From the NCBI RefSeq assembly GCF_009914755.1, contig NC_060947.1: a DNA stretch of 64,000 bases. The stretch is one strand, 5' to 3'. The notes below the pieces were generated by a model. The model searched no databases. It was not told where the DNA came from and saw nothing but the letters and a program-made list of their open reading frames with translations. Within the stretch, counting starts at the first letter, position 1. Each line of letters starts with the position of its first letter. The position numbers and the translations under genes are program-made. Shown here piece after piece: positions 48,413 to 64,000 of the stretch. The DNA comes from the human T2T-CHM13v2.0 reference genome, Homo sapiens.

Positions 48413-49818
48413 TGAATGAATTTATTTATGAATATTTTTCCTGATATATCTGAAGTTTAATTTTTAAATAGCATGAAAAGTGACTTATAATACAGAATTC
48501 ACCAACAAAGGCACTTAAATGCATCAAATTTTGGTAACAAATATTAATTTTCACTTCATTCATACTGTTTCACCAGTCAACTTTTGTTTGAGTATTTTCT
48601 TTATAGTTTACCTATCACGAGCTTTACCTAACCACTAGTGAGGTTTTAAAATAGACTTAGGCAGTCAACTACTAGCTTTCTAAAAAGTAATACAGGAAAA
48701 GGATATATAGCCACAATTACTTGAAAAACAAATTTCAGTGTTTAGGAAATTTGCTAGTCCTTTCATTTTTTTCTCCTTGATACCAGATAAGGACGAATGG
48801 TACATTGCTGTACTGCAGTGTTTTGATATCCATATCATACTTGGCTTTCAAATACAGTTCACCGTTATTCTACTTTGGCAGAATAAACAAGTATTGGACT
48901 ATGAACAGCCAAGTTCAGCCCGAGGGGAAGTCACTGAAAGTAGATCTAGGGAACAATTGTGTCCATATAGTTATTTTATTAGAAACAAATACAGCGTAAA
49001 ATATTACGTGGGGTTTTCAATAAAAAAAAAAACCTTTTTTATAGAAGTATAACATGTTCATAACAAAACATCATAAAATATGGATAAGCATAAATCATTA
49101 TATAAAGCACTTGGCACCCAATCTATATAGAATAGCCTTTCAAGCAATATGGAATGTTAAAACTAGCTATATCTGTGTATCTGCAGCTTATAGTAAAGTT
49201 TGTGGCTCTTTGTACGTTCTATCCATCAATATTGTCAGTTCATGTGTATGTGTATGTGTATGTGAGTGTACACAGATGTTAACAGTTTCCCTATGAGCAG
49301 GATTTGGTGGGATTTTTCCTCAAAAAAGAATTAAAAATATTAATGCAGTGTTGTATATAGTCAAGAAAGAGGCAGGGTCACCTAATTTTTTATGGAATGA
49401 CTTTCTTGGCTTACCCCTTGCAAGGCTTCTTTTCTGTTTCAATTATGCTTCCTGTATAATAGGGGCAGTAAACTATACTTGACCTCTACTATAGGCTTAT
49501 TAAATATAGTCAGAATCTAAGAGATAACCTAGAGATTATCTGTCCTTATTCCTTATTTCTTCATTTCCATTGTAAGAAAATGAGGCCCAAAATAGGAAAG
49601 TGATTTCACTACTGAGTGCTCTGAATTTCTTGATGGTAGGTAACTAAAAAGTGAAGGATTTTCGTGTGAGTCCAGTGCTAATAGCTCATACTATATCAGA
49701 ATATCACCAGTTCCTCTAATTCACTTATAGTTTAACACTTGAGTAGCTTGCTTTGCCAAAGTTATTTCATGGATGAATAATATCATCCTAACTTGCCTCT
49801 TCTACTCATTCTTGGAAG

Positions 49819-49917
49819 GTATACCTGGAGTTTCAGGGCCAAAAGGTTATCAGGGTTTGCCTGGAGACCCAGGGCAACCTGGACTGAGTGGACAACCTGG
49901 ATTACCAGGACCACCAG
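49819..49917 (+). CDS. COL4A5: COL4A5 exon 34 (99 nt)
   Basis: tggaag|GT...CAG|gtaagt; (G)[12 protein letters not shown]...GPP. Confidence 0.97.
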
Positions 49918-51229
49918 GTAAGTGTGATAGGCCATTTGTAGCAATTGCTTAGCTGACACTGAATTCTGGATAAATAATTATGTGTTTGTCATGTTTGAAG
50001 ATGCTGTGGATTTGATCATGGTAATAAGCTTGGGTAGCTACTGAAATATGGAGCTCACTTTCGGCAAAAATATTGCCCTTTGGCTCTAGTTTTAGCAGTC
50101 CAGATTTTATAGGATATTTTGCCTTGATTATTCAGTTTCTTCTTTTTGTGGCAGCAGGGTATACACAGAATCAGAAATGTGATCCAAATAAGGTGTTGTG
50201 TTTTGTTACATACATTGCAAAATATATAAATGAGACAATTATCTCATGAAGGCCTGAAGAATTCATCTTGTCCTGCTTTTTTTTCTTTCTGCCTTTAGAC
50301 AAGTCAGTCATTAAACCATGTAAAACAGATGGCTATTGATTCTATTTTTTTAAATTTCTAGGCATGAAAATTTCACAAATTCTCTTGGTAGTCAGTTACA
50401 GCATTAATCACTCTTAGAGTCGACATTTTTTTAAATCCTACTAAAACTCTTTCTTGTTTCTTCTTCAGCCACTTTCTTTTAGTTTGTTTCCTAAGGAAAT
50501 AAAGAGCAGCAGTCCCCATTCTTACAAAGTCCCTTAAGTTCAGTTATTTGCGCTAGACTCCATACTACATGGCCTTGATATAGTTGGGAAGAGAAACTCC
50601 CTTCCTATCTCTCCCTCACATCTTCTGCATTCTCTTTTCCAAGTTAGAAGTCATTGTAAAGGAAAAAAATAAAATAAAAAAAGTTTAAGGCAATACTGTG
50701 GTCCTAGGAAAAAACCCAGATGACATCACAGAGCTCAAGCACCTATGTGCTAGGAAAAATGTACAAACAGAGCAGCCATGCCTGTTCAGGTCACTGCCCA
50801 GTATCTGTCCACCACCTCTAATCTCTCCCTGGCCTAATGTACTAAACTATATCATAACAGGTTACCACCTTTTCTCTTTCTGATCTCATATAATCACGCT
50901 CTACATGAGAAGCCCATCTCTGAATCTTTTAAAAAACAGACTTATTATATTGGATTTATCTGTGAAAATACATTAAGGGTAGTTGTACACATACAGCAAA
51001 TAGCACTTCAGGTGATTGGAATTGTTTTAGGGAAAGAAACAAGGTGTTCTGGTAACTTTTTAATTTTTTTTTAAAGTTATATTAGGAGACCTCTATTACT
51101 ATGGTTATATTGTAATATGTTCCCAAGGAGATGTTTTATGTTGGGTTCTATCTGTGGACCTTAATCATATATTCAGATTTAATCCATCTAATCCCATGTT
51201 TGCATTTTAATGACTATCCATTCCCATGA

Positions 51230-51382
<153 letters not shown>

Positions 51383-51792
51383 TGATGAAAATCTTCCAAA
51401 TATTTAGTCCCATTAATGAAAGGTGGTTCAATATCTCTTTTTTTGTCAGAAAAGAGGCTGGTGTTGATAGAATCAGACTGAAACGATATCTGAGGTAATC
51501 AGTGGGTAGTGTTCTCTTGTTACACAAATATTTAAAATGGGAATTAAGGGACAAAATTGTAGAAACCTTAAAAGTTATAATTCACAAACATCTTTTCTCC
51601 AGCTATACCCCCTTTTATTTAAACTTCCTTTAAAAGTAGGCTTTTATATAATTGTGTTTGTGAGGCTCATTATTATCTAACTCAGAGTTTGCGGAGCTTT
51701 TTAAAAATCTTTTTGCTTTGTCATATGCATCTTAGATAATCCACAAGTAAAGCATATTTTGTAAAATATTATATATCACATATTTTCAACAG

Positions 51793-51932
51793 GGCCTCAG
51801 GGTGTGGAAGGGCCTCCTGGACCTTCTGGAGTTCCTGGACAACCTGGCTCCCCAGGATTACCTGGACAGAAAGGCGACAAAGGTGATCCTGGTATTTCAA
51901 GCATTGGTCTTCCAGGTCTTCCTGGTCCAAAG
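51793..51932 (+). CDS. COL4A5: COL4A5 exon 36 (140 nt, phase 1 to 0)
   Basis: caacag|GG...AAG|gtaatc; (G)PQGVEG...[14 protein letters not shown]. Confidence 0.97.
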
Positions 51933-54354
51933 GTAATCTTTGGCATATAGTTTTAGGCACATACTTGAGCAGATATGAAATTTTTTAATACTATGCTCAT
52001 TCCTAAGTTTTCATTAAACAAACTATAGAATGACATAGTATATTCTGGATAAGAGATTTATTCCTTTTCTTTTCTCTTAGATGATAAGAAGATATGTTTT
52101 AGGGTTTGTGGCCAGTCCAAAATAAAAAGGGAAAACTTTCTGGTTTCTTTGTTTTTCTTCTATCTTAATTTCTGGATATACTTCAATAATCTCAATGCCT
52201 AGATTTTTCTGGTCTTGTTAGTCCATCCCTTTTTAGTGATGGAGTTGTTGGCCTTTGTCCTAATGTTATTATTAACTAATTTGAAAAGACTTATAAACAA
52301 AGTGACAGTTAATGCTAATGTAGTAGTATTCTTAACTGCGTGTCTGAGATAGTCCTCTGAATACAGTTTTACAATTCCCTCTACTTCTCTCTTCAATGTG
52401 AAAACTTTGGTGGTGTTTCTCAAGTAATCAAATTTAGAATTTGTTTCAGAATCATTGGACTCAACAGGAATTTATTTGACAATTGTTTAGTTCCATGTCA
52501 AAAAGTAGTAACTCCTTAATCATGTAGTCAGACCACAGACCTAAAAAGTATTAGAAAAGGAATTTTGGTACTCAGTTTTCATGGAAATAGTGAAAGTTCC
52601 CAGTGATATAAGAATTTATTGAATTGTATGTAAGGATAATTTTTCTTTTAATATTATATAAAAATACTTTATTTTGATCATCTAATTGATCAATGTCTTA
52701 TAAAGAGATAATCAAGAGAAGTTTCTGTATGTTCATTCCAGTTTAACAATGTAAAGTTTCTTGAAGTGAATTTTAATTTTCTCTGTTATATTTATATTTT
52801 ACCAGTGACATTGAATATATGATTTTATTAAAAAATAATATAGACATATTAAGAGTAAGAGTGAAAATCTTCTTCATGCCCCATCCTCTTTTTACCATTC
52901 CTTTCCTCATAGAGGCCCACTGTCAATAGTTGATATATAAATTTGAATTCCTTGTTCTATACATTTATATATATGCATATAGAGTTTGGGGTTTTTTCTA
53001 CACATTGTGTATATGTAGAATCATGGTATGCATGCTACTCTGTACCTTGCTTTATCACTTACCCCTTTTTATTTCTTTTTTCAATATATCTTAGACAATT
53101 TTCTTTGTCGTCATACATTATATCTGTGGACATATATGTAGTTATTTATACTGTATAGTTTCATAAAAGTGTAATTGTTGGATCAAAGGATAAGTGCATT
53201 TAATTTTTTGGCTTTTTAAAACACTTATAATAATGTAACATATGAACTTGATTTTAAAATACAACCAGTATGAAAAGATGTAAAATAAAAAGTCTCCTTT
53301 TTACATGTTTGCAAACCCCAAATCCCCAGTTCTTCTTCTCCAGGGTAACCACTTTTAGTAGTTTCTCTCATATTCTTCAAGAAAGGTTTTCTAAATGCAT
53401 TTATATGCATGCATATATGGTATTTCATCAATTTTAATACTCATTTTTTACATCCAAAATATCTAATATTGGAATGCATCTTATTATGATGGAAAGCATA
53501 TTACAATTAAAATTGTAAATATTTTTCCCCAATTATTGATACATGAAATGATGCTGGACCTTCCAAATGTAGATGTTTTCTCATATTTTAATTAATATAT
53601 ACAAAATTATACTATACATCTGCTCTGTACCTAGCTGTCATCACATAGTAAATCTTGACAAACTTTCTTTATCAGCCTATAAATGTATGCCTTATTATTT
53701 TTTATAATTATATAGTATTTTTATGGGGGTTCACTATAAATAATTTAACCTATTATGAATATGAAAATTATTTCTAGGTTCATGATTACAAACATATTTT
53801 GCACTGAAGATTCTTATCCATATTCTTACATACATATCTTAAGAATCTTTGGTAAATATCACCATAGAATAAATTCTGAGCAGTTGCTAGAACCCAGCAT
53901 ATATGTGCCTTTTTAATATCTATATTTACTGCCAAATTTTCCAATTAAGTAACTCTACACCTTTATACTTTCATGATTAGTATAAGTGATTTTCTCCTCA
54001 TTCTACAGATATTGGGTGTTATCAATTTAAAAAATTTTACCAATCTAATGGGTGAAAAGTAGTGTATCATTATTGTTTATATTTGAATTTTCCTGATTAC
54101 AAGTGGGGTTTCAGATGTTTTTAACTCTTTCGTAAATTGTCTATTTATACTCTTTGCCTCACTGTTTTACGAGAGGACTTGGTTATGTATTTCATACTGA
54201 TTTGTAAAAGTACATTATAAATGTGAAGATGCATCCACTGTCTGTTATATTTGTTGCAAATATTTTCTCCCAGTCAGTTGTTTGTCTTATAGCATGTTTA
54301 CTGTGCATTTCGTTATGTAGATGTTTGAAATTTTTACATAGGCAAATTATGTAC

Positions 54355-55215
54355 TCATTTATTTATTCATTCACAAAATATCTGTTGAGTATGTATGATT
54401 TACCAGGTACTGTTTTAGGTGCTGGAGATACAGCCTGAACAAAACAGACAAACTTTTACTGCCTTCAAGGAGCTTATATTTAGTCAAGGAGTCATACAAT
54501 AAACAAAATAAATAAGTCTGTATTATGTTAGAATGTGATAAATCTCATGATGAAAAGTAAAGCAAGACTTGATGATAGGAATTTCTGGAAATTGTTATAT
54601 TTTGAAATAGGTTACTAAGGGAAAGTCTCTCTGATAAGATAGAGCAGTGACCACACTGCAGTAAGAGAGTAAGTCATACAAAAACCCTGAGGTGTGAGCA
54701 TACCTGACATGTTTGAGAAACATAAATGAGTCCAGTGTGTTAAACAGAATGAGTGAGTTGAAACAAAGTAGGAGATGAGATTAGATTGGTAATGGGGGAA
54801 AGATTATATAGTGCCTTATAGGTCATCATAGTAGGGGCTTTTACTCCTGAGTGAATCGGGGAGCAAATGGAAAGAGTTAACATGATTGTACATTAATTTT
54901 AAGAACTATCACAGCACCTGTTTTGGAAACAGATCATAGAGGAGCAAGGATGGAAAGCAGGGAAACCAGTTATGGTGATATTTAAATAATGCAGGCTAAT
55001 GATGTTGATGGCTTGGATCAAGATAGTGGCAGGGGAAGTGATAAGAAATGGGCAGATTTTGAATATATAATATATGTCAAGCCAGGAAGATTTGTGTATG
55101 GAATATGAGAGAGAGGAATCAAGAATGACTCCAGTTTTTATCCTGAGCAAATAGAGTGGAGTTGCTATATGCTGAAATACAAAAACTTTGAAAAAAGCAG
55201 GTTTAGTGAGAAAGA
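54355..55215 (-). mobile_element. L2 3' fragment (target site of the L1PA)
   Basis: tttattcattcacaaaatatctgttgag...ttaggtgctggagatacagc. Confidence 0.75.
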
Positions 55216-55233
55216 TCAGGAGCATAGTTTTTT

Positions 55234-58725
<3,492 letters not shown>

Positions 58726-59463
58726 TAGTTTTTTGATTGTCAATATTTTGTTGCTGAAATAGGAAATTCATCAATTGAGGGGGAGAGAGAGGAAGAGGTA
58801 AGGAAGGCTTGAGGCCTGTCACATAGATTTTAGGATTTTTTGGAAAAAAAGTCTTCTACTTATGAAGACTTCTATATCCTGAGATTATAAAAATAGATTT
58901 ATATATTTCTTACAGGATTTTCATGGTTTTTTTCTGTACATTTGCATTTTAATGCACCTGAGTATTTCTGTATGTTGTATGAGGTGAGAAACTAACTTTA
59001 TTTTTTTTCCCAAATAAATATCCAGTTGACTGAGCCTCATTTGTTACAAACTCAATTCTTTATTCACTGATATAAAATTGTATTTAAATTTTTTTTCCAA
59101 ATTTGTTCATGAATTTTTTTTTCTGGAATGAGTGAATTTTAACATTTTACTAATGGAATCAAAATTACCATAATAAATTGTCTCTACATTTTTAATGGGT
59201 GATAGCAGAAAAATATGTTTTAATTGGTAAATGTCCAAAGTATATTCAACTCTACAAGCAAGAGGTTAGCTTTTAGTTCTTCTGTGTGACCTACAAGTAT
59301 ATTTCAGTAAGCAAATTTTACACTAAATTTAGAAACTTAACAAAGATGATATTGTGGAAATAATGTAAAGTAGTCTGTTGTTTCTTTCAGATGGCATTAT
59401 TATACCTTAAAATAGTGACATGTTGAAAAAATAAAAGTTTTTTTAGCTCAGTTCTATTAGGTA

Positions 59464-60480
59464 CAGGTGATCTTTGCTTTTGCACAAATTTCAGTTATCA
59501 TTACTTAACACCGATCCACAACAACATTGTTTAAATTTTAGTTGCTATGATATATTAACTCTTCCATTTATAAATCATCATCTAAATAAGAGATGTGCAT
59601 TACAATCAGTGGACAGTAATTTCACTTCTTTCAAATTCTGTCACTAATTAGTAACCATGCATCTGTTCAGTTCCTGCACTGACAGCAAAGCATTTAGTTG
59701 TGTCACCTCCTTGTCTCCCAGTGATAAAGCAATGTGACATTTTACAAAAATGGATAATCAAAAGAGAAAATTAGCCAACAAAGAAGAAAGTGCAACAAAA
59801 AAAAAAAAAAAGGAAAGTGATAGCACTGGAAGTAAGGTTTGAATCTAAAGTAAATGGGGTTATAGAATTAATAGCCAACCATAGAATTGTAGACACTGCC
59901 ACCATTTGAGAGACTCTAGATATGCAGCTAAGGAACTTAGTGAAGGCAAACTTATCAACATTAATGAGGAAAGGAGCACTGATGAAAAGGATGAAGATGT
60001 CACAGAGGAAGTGTTGCCATCACAAATTTCACATTAAAGGAACTCTTGGAGATATTTTACAAGTTTGAAAGTATAAAGGTTAACATGCTGGAAGCTGATC
60101 TCAGTTTAGAAACAGTGAGACAATTTCTGTGCCAAGGCATAGAAAAGATGTGTGCTCTGTATTGTAAGTTATACGAGAAGAAGGGAGACACTGTTCAAAT
60201 TACTCTTGGTAACTTTTTTACAATGAAATAAATCACTTTATTTTTCAATGTTTCTAATGTTTAAATTAGCATTTACCAAATAAATATTGGATTTACTATT
60301 TTTTATTTCTTTATACATGTGTATCTGACATTAAAACATATTTTAATGTTTTGATAACATTTTTAAAGGTCATAGAATAATTACATTTTCCCCCATTGAT
60401 TATTAAGATCACTTTACATGATTTTGGTTTGCAGTTTCATTTTTCCAGTTCCACACTACCACGTGAAACAAAGAGTACCC
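59464..60480 (+). mobile_element. Internally deleted old TcMar-Tigger-like element
   Basis: ta|CAG start; relic transposase N-terminus MDNQKRKLANKEESATKK../KVIALEVRFE from 59750; subfamily not determined. Confidence 0.55.
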
Positions 60481-60679
60481 ATATTATAAAGGAAGAGAAG
60501 AAGAACAGTTTTAGGAAATATAATGGTATGATTGAGGGAAAACAAGCATAAGACAAATTTCTGTAATTACTGAGTTGTTAAGAAATAGGAATAGTGGTAA
60601 AATATCAGATAGGTAGTTTGTTTTATGGATGTCACTGTTTATGAAACAGCAGCTCTGTTAGTCAAAAAGCATGATTAAT

Positions 60680-60930
60680 AAAGTATACTGAAAACCCCAG
60701 ACAAGGAGTCAGTAGGCAGAAATTTGAGTCCTGGGTTTGTGTACATGACCTTGATAAGTCACTTAATTCTTCAGTGTCTTCAGTACCTTGTCCATAAAAA
60801 GTGGGAGAAAAAAAATCCTACTTTTTGTAGTTATTGTGAGGTTTCAATGAGATTAAAACATGCTTCATAAAAAAGAAAAAAAAGGAAAAGGAATGAAACA
60901 CTTTGTAAATTATAAAGCATTCTATACATA
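60680..60930. mobile_element. MIR
   Basis: tgaccttgataagtcacttaa...ttattgtgaggtttcaatgagat...cactttgtaaattataaagc. Confidence 0.7.
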
Positions 60931-61887
60931 GTATTTCTTTTTATCTAAAATGAAAGGGCTGGAGTAGAGGGTGTCTAAGATATCTGGAATTCTCAAATAT
61001 AATGACTCTATGGAACTATATGAATCTGTAATGCTCTTTTAATATAGTGTAATTGTTCTAACCTTCATAACTCCTTTTTAAAATCTAATCATACTACAGA
61101 TTCATCCCTTTCATAATCCCAGATGGCTTTTATGCTGAAATTGACAAGTGTATCCTAAAATTCATATGGAAGTGCAAGGAACCCAGAATAGTCAAAGAAA
61201 TCTTGAGAAGAACAGATTTGGAGGACTCACTCTTCTGGATTTCAAAACTTACTACAACTATGATACCAGCACTGGGTAGACATAGAGACTGATGGAATAG
61301 ATAGAGTCCAGAAATACCCATACATTTTTGGTCAACTGATTTTCAACGTAGGTACCAAAACAATTTAAAGGGAGTTAAGGATAGTCTTTTCAACAAATGA
61401 TGCTGGAACATGGATGCAGCTGGAGGCTACTATCTATCCTAAGCAAATTAATGCAGAAGCAGAAAACCAAATAGCACATGTTCTCACTTAAAGTTTGGAG
61501 GTAAGTATTGGGTATACACAGATGCAAAGATGGGACAATAAATTCTGGGTATTCCCAAAAGGGGTAAGGAGTGGGGGAAGTGTTGACAAACCTATGGAGT
61601 ACTATGTTCACTACTTGGGCAATGGGAACATTAGAAGCCCAAACATCAACATCACATAATATACCCATGTAACACACCTGCATACATAACCCCTGGATCT
61701 AAAATAAAAAACAAAACAAAAATCAAATCATGCTGGGAAAAGAGGATACCTGTCTGCAAAAGAATGAATCTGGACCCCTATCTCATACTGTATACAAATA
61801 TTAACTCCAACTGGATTACTGACCTAAATATAAGAACTAAACCATAAACATATTAGGATAAAAGATGACTAAATTCTTGTGACCTTG

Positions 61888-62045
61888 CATTAGGTAATGG
61901 TTTCTTAGCTATGACACTAAAAGCACAAACAACTAAAGGAAAAATAAATTGGGCTATATTAAAATTCATTAGGTAATGGTTTCTTAGCTATGACACTAAA
62001 AGCACAAACAACTAAAGAAAAAATAAATGGGGCTTTATTAAAATT
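61888..62045. repeat. 79-bp tandem duplication inside an L1 relic
   Basis: Copies start at 61888 and 61967; 3 mismatches. Confidence 0.92.
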
Positions 62046-62518
62046 TAATGTGTTTTCTGTTGCAAATGATACCATCAAGAAAGTGAAAAGACAGCTCACG
62101 AGATGAAAGAAAATATTTGCAAATCATATATGAGATAAAGGATTTGTATACAGAATATATAAAGAATTCTTATAATTCAACGGAAAGCAAATAACTCAGT
62201 TTTTAAAAGTGCACAAAGTGAATTGGACCTAACAAACATATACAAAATATTCTATCCAAGAAAAATGCAGAATATACATTTTTGCAACTGCACATGGAAC
62301 ATTCTCCAGAATAGACAATATATTAGAGCACAAAGTAAGTCTTCATACACTTAAAAAGATTAAAACCACACAGCATATATTTTTTAATCATGATGGAGTG
62401 AAATTAGAAATCAATGGCAGAAAGTAAACTGGAAAATCTACTAATGCATGTAAATTAAACAAGACGCTCTTAACCAATGAGGCAAAGAAGAAATCACGAG
62501 GGTAGTTAGAAAATGTAA

Positions 62519-62814
<296 letters not shown>

Positions 62815-63436
62815 AGAAAATATAATGAGACAAATGAAAATGAAACCACAACATACCAAAACGTACAGGATGTAGTGAAAGCAATGCTAAATGGGAAATT
62901 AATAGCTGTAAATACTTACATTAGAGAAGAAACATCTCAAATCAAAAACCTAACTTTACATCTTAAAGAACTAGAAAAAGAAAAACTAAATCCAAAACTA
63001 GCAGAAAGAAAGAAATAATAAAGATTAGAGCAGAGATAAATAAAATACAGAACTAAAAAAATCATAGATGAAGTCAACAAAACTAAAAGTTGTTTCTTCA
63101 AAAAGATAACAAAATAGAAAAAGTTTTAGCTAGCTTGACTACAAGAAAAAGAGAGAAGACTCAACTAAAATCAGAAATAAAAGAGGAGACATTACTACCA
63201 ATCTTACAGAACTAAAAATATATGAGACTGCTATGAACAGGTGTTTGCTAACAAATTAGATAACCTGGATGAAATGGGCAAATTCCTAGAAAGACACAAT
63301 CTACCAAGACTGAATCATAGAAGTAGATTATATGAATAGACCTAAAGTGAGTAAGAAGATTGACTCAGTAATCAAAAACCTTCCAATAAAGAAAAGCTCA
63401 GGACCAGATGGCTACACTGGTGAATTCTACCAATCT

Positions 63437-63557
63437 TTTTTTTTTTTTTTGAGACAGGGTCTCGCTATGTTGCCCATGCTGGATGGAGTGCAGTGGTGCA
63501 GTTACGGCTCACTGCAGCCTTGTCCTTGTGGGCTCAAGTGATCTTCAGCCTCCCAAA
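63437..63557 (-). mobile_element. Alu monomer (FLAM-like or partial) nested in L1
   Basis: Poly-T + gagacagggtctcgctatgttgccc...cagcctccca. Confidence 0.8.
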
Positions 63558-64000
63558 TATTTTCCAAACAATTAAAGAAGGATTAACAGCATTTGTTTTC
63601 AAGGTCTTCCAAAAAAATTGAAGAGGAGGGAACACTTCCAAACTCATTATATTATACCTGGATTACCCTGATACCAAATCCAGACAAAGACACTACAATA
63701 AAAGAAAGCTACAGACCAAAATCCCTTATGAATATTGATGCAAAAAATCCTTAACAAAATACTAGCATACTGAATTCAACAGCATATTAAAAGGATTATA
63801 TGCCATGGTCAAGTGAGATTTTTTCCTGGGATGCAAGGATAGTTCAGCATACAAAAATCATTAGTGTAATACACCATCACACTAACAGAATGAAGGAGAA
63901 ATCCCACATGATCACTTAATTAATGCAAAAAAAAGCATTTGACAAAATTCAACACTGTTTCATGATTAAAAAAACACACCACAAGCTAGGAATAGAAGCG

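Overview
This window is human (primate) genomic DNA from inside COL4A5 (collagen type IV alpha-5 chain, the X-linked Alport syndrome gene), on the + strand. It holds 27 consecutive GT-AG coding exons, numbered 10-36 in the reference. Their lengths sum to 2700 nt = 900 codons (c.547-c.3246, about aa 183-1082) of Gly-X-Y collagen with interruptions. The window starts in intron 9 and ends in intron 36. The introns are mostly transposon relics: about 13 Alus, many L1/L2/MIR fragments, a near full-length Tigger1, MER5A and MER58 hAT MITEs, MLT1 and MLT2 LTRs, and a twin-primed 5'-inverted L1PA. Almost all other ORFs in the supplied track are Alu/L1/antisense artefacts. I found no prokaryote-type system such as CRISPR. 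The most interesting unexplained signals concern splicing. (1) A candidate 99-nt poison exon in the repeat-poor intron 30. (2) A candidate 9-nt Gly-Val-Pro microexon in the same intron. (3) A stop-free 90-nt intron 11 that would encode a transmembrane-like helix if retained. (4) A CFTR-like (TG)n acceptor at exon 23. (5) Several latent pseudoexons one base away from activation. All of these are hypotheses from sequence alone. Repeat subfamily names and literature variant labels are from memory and should be checked.
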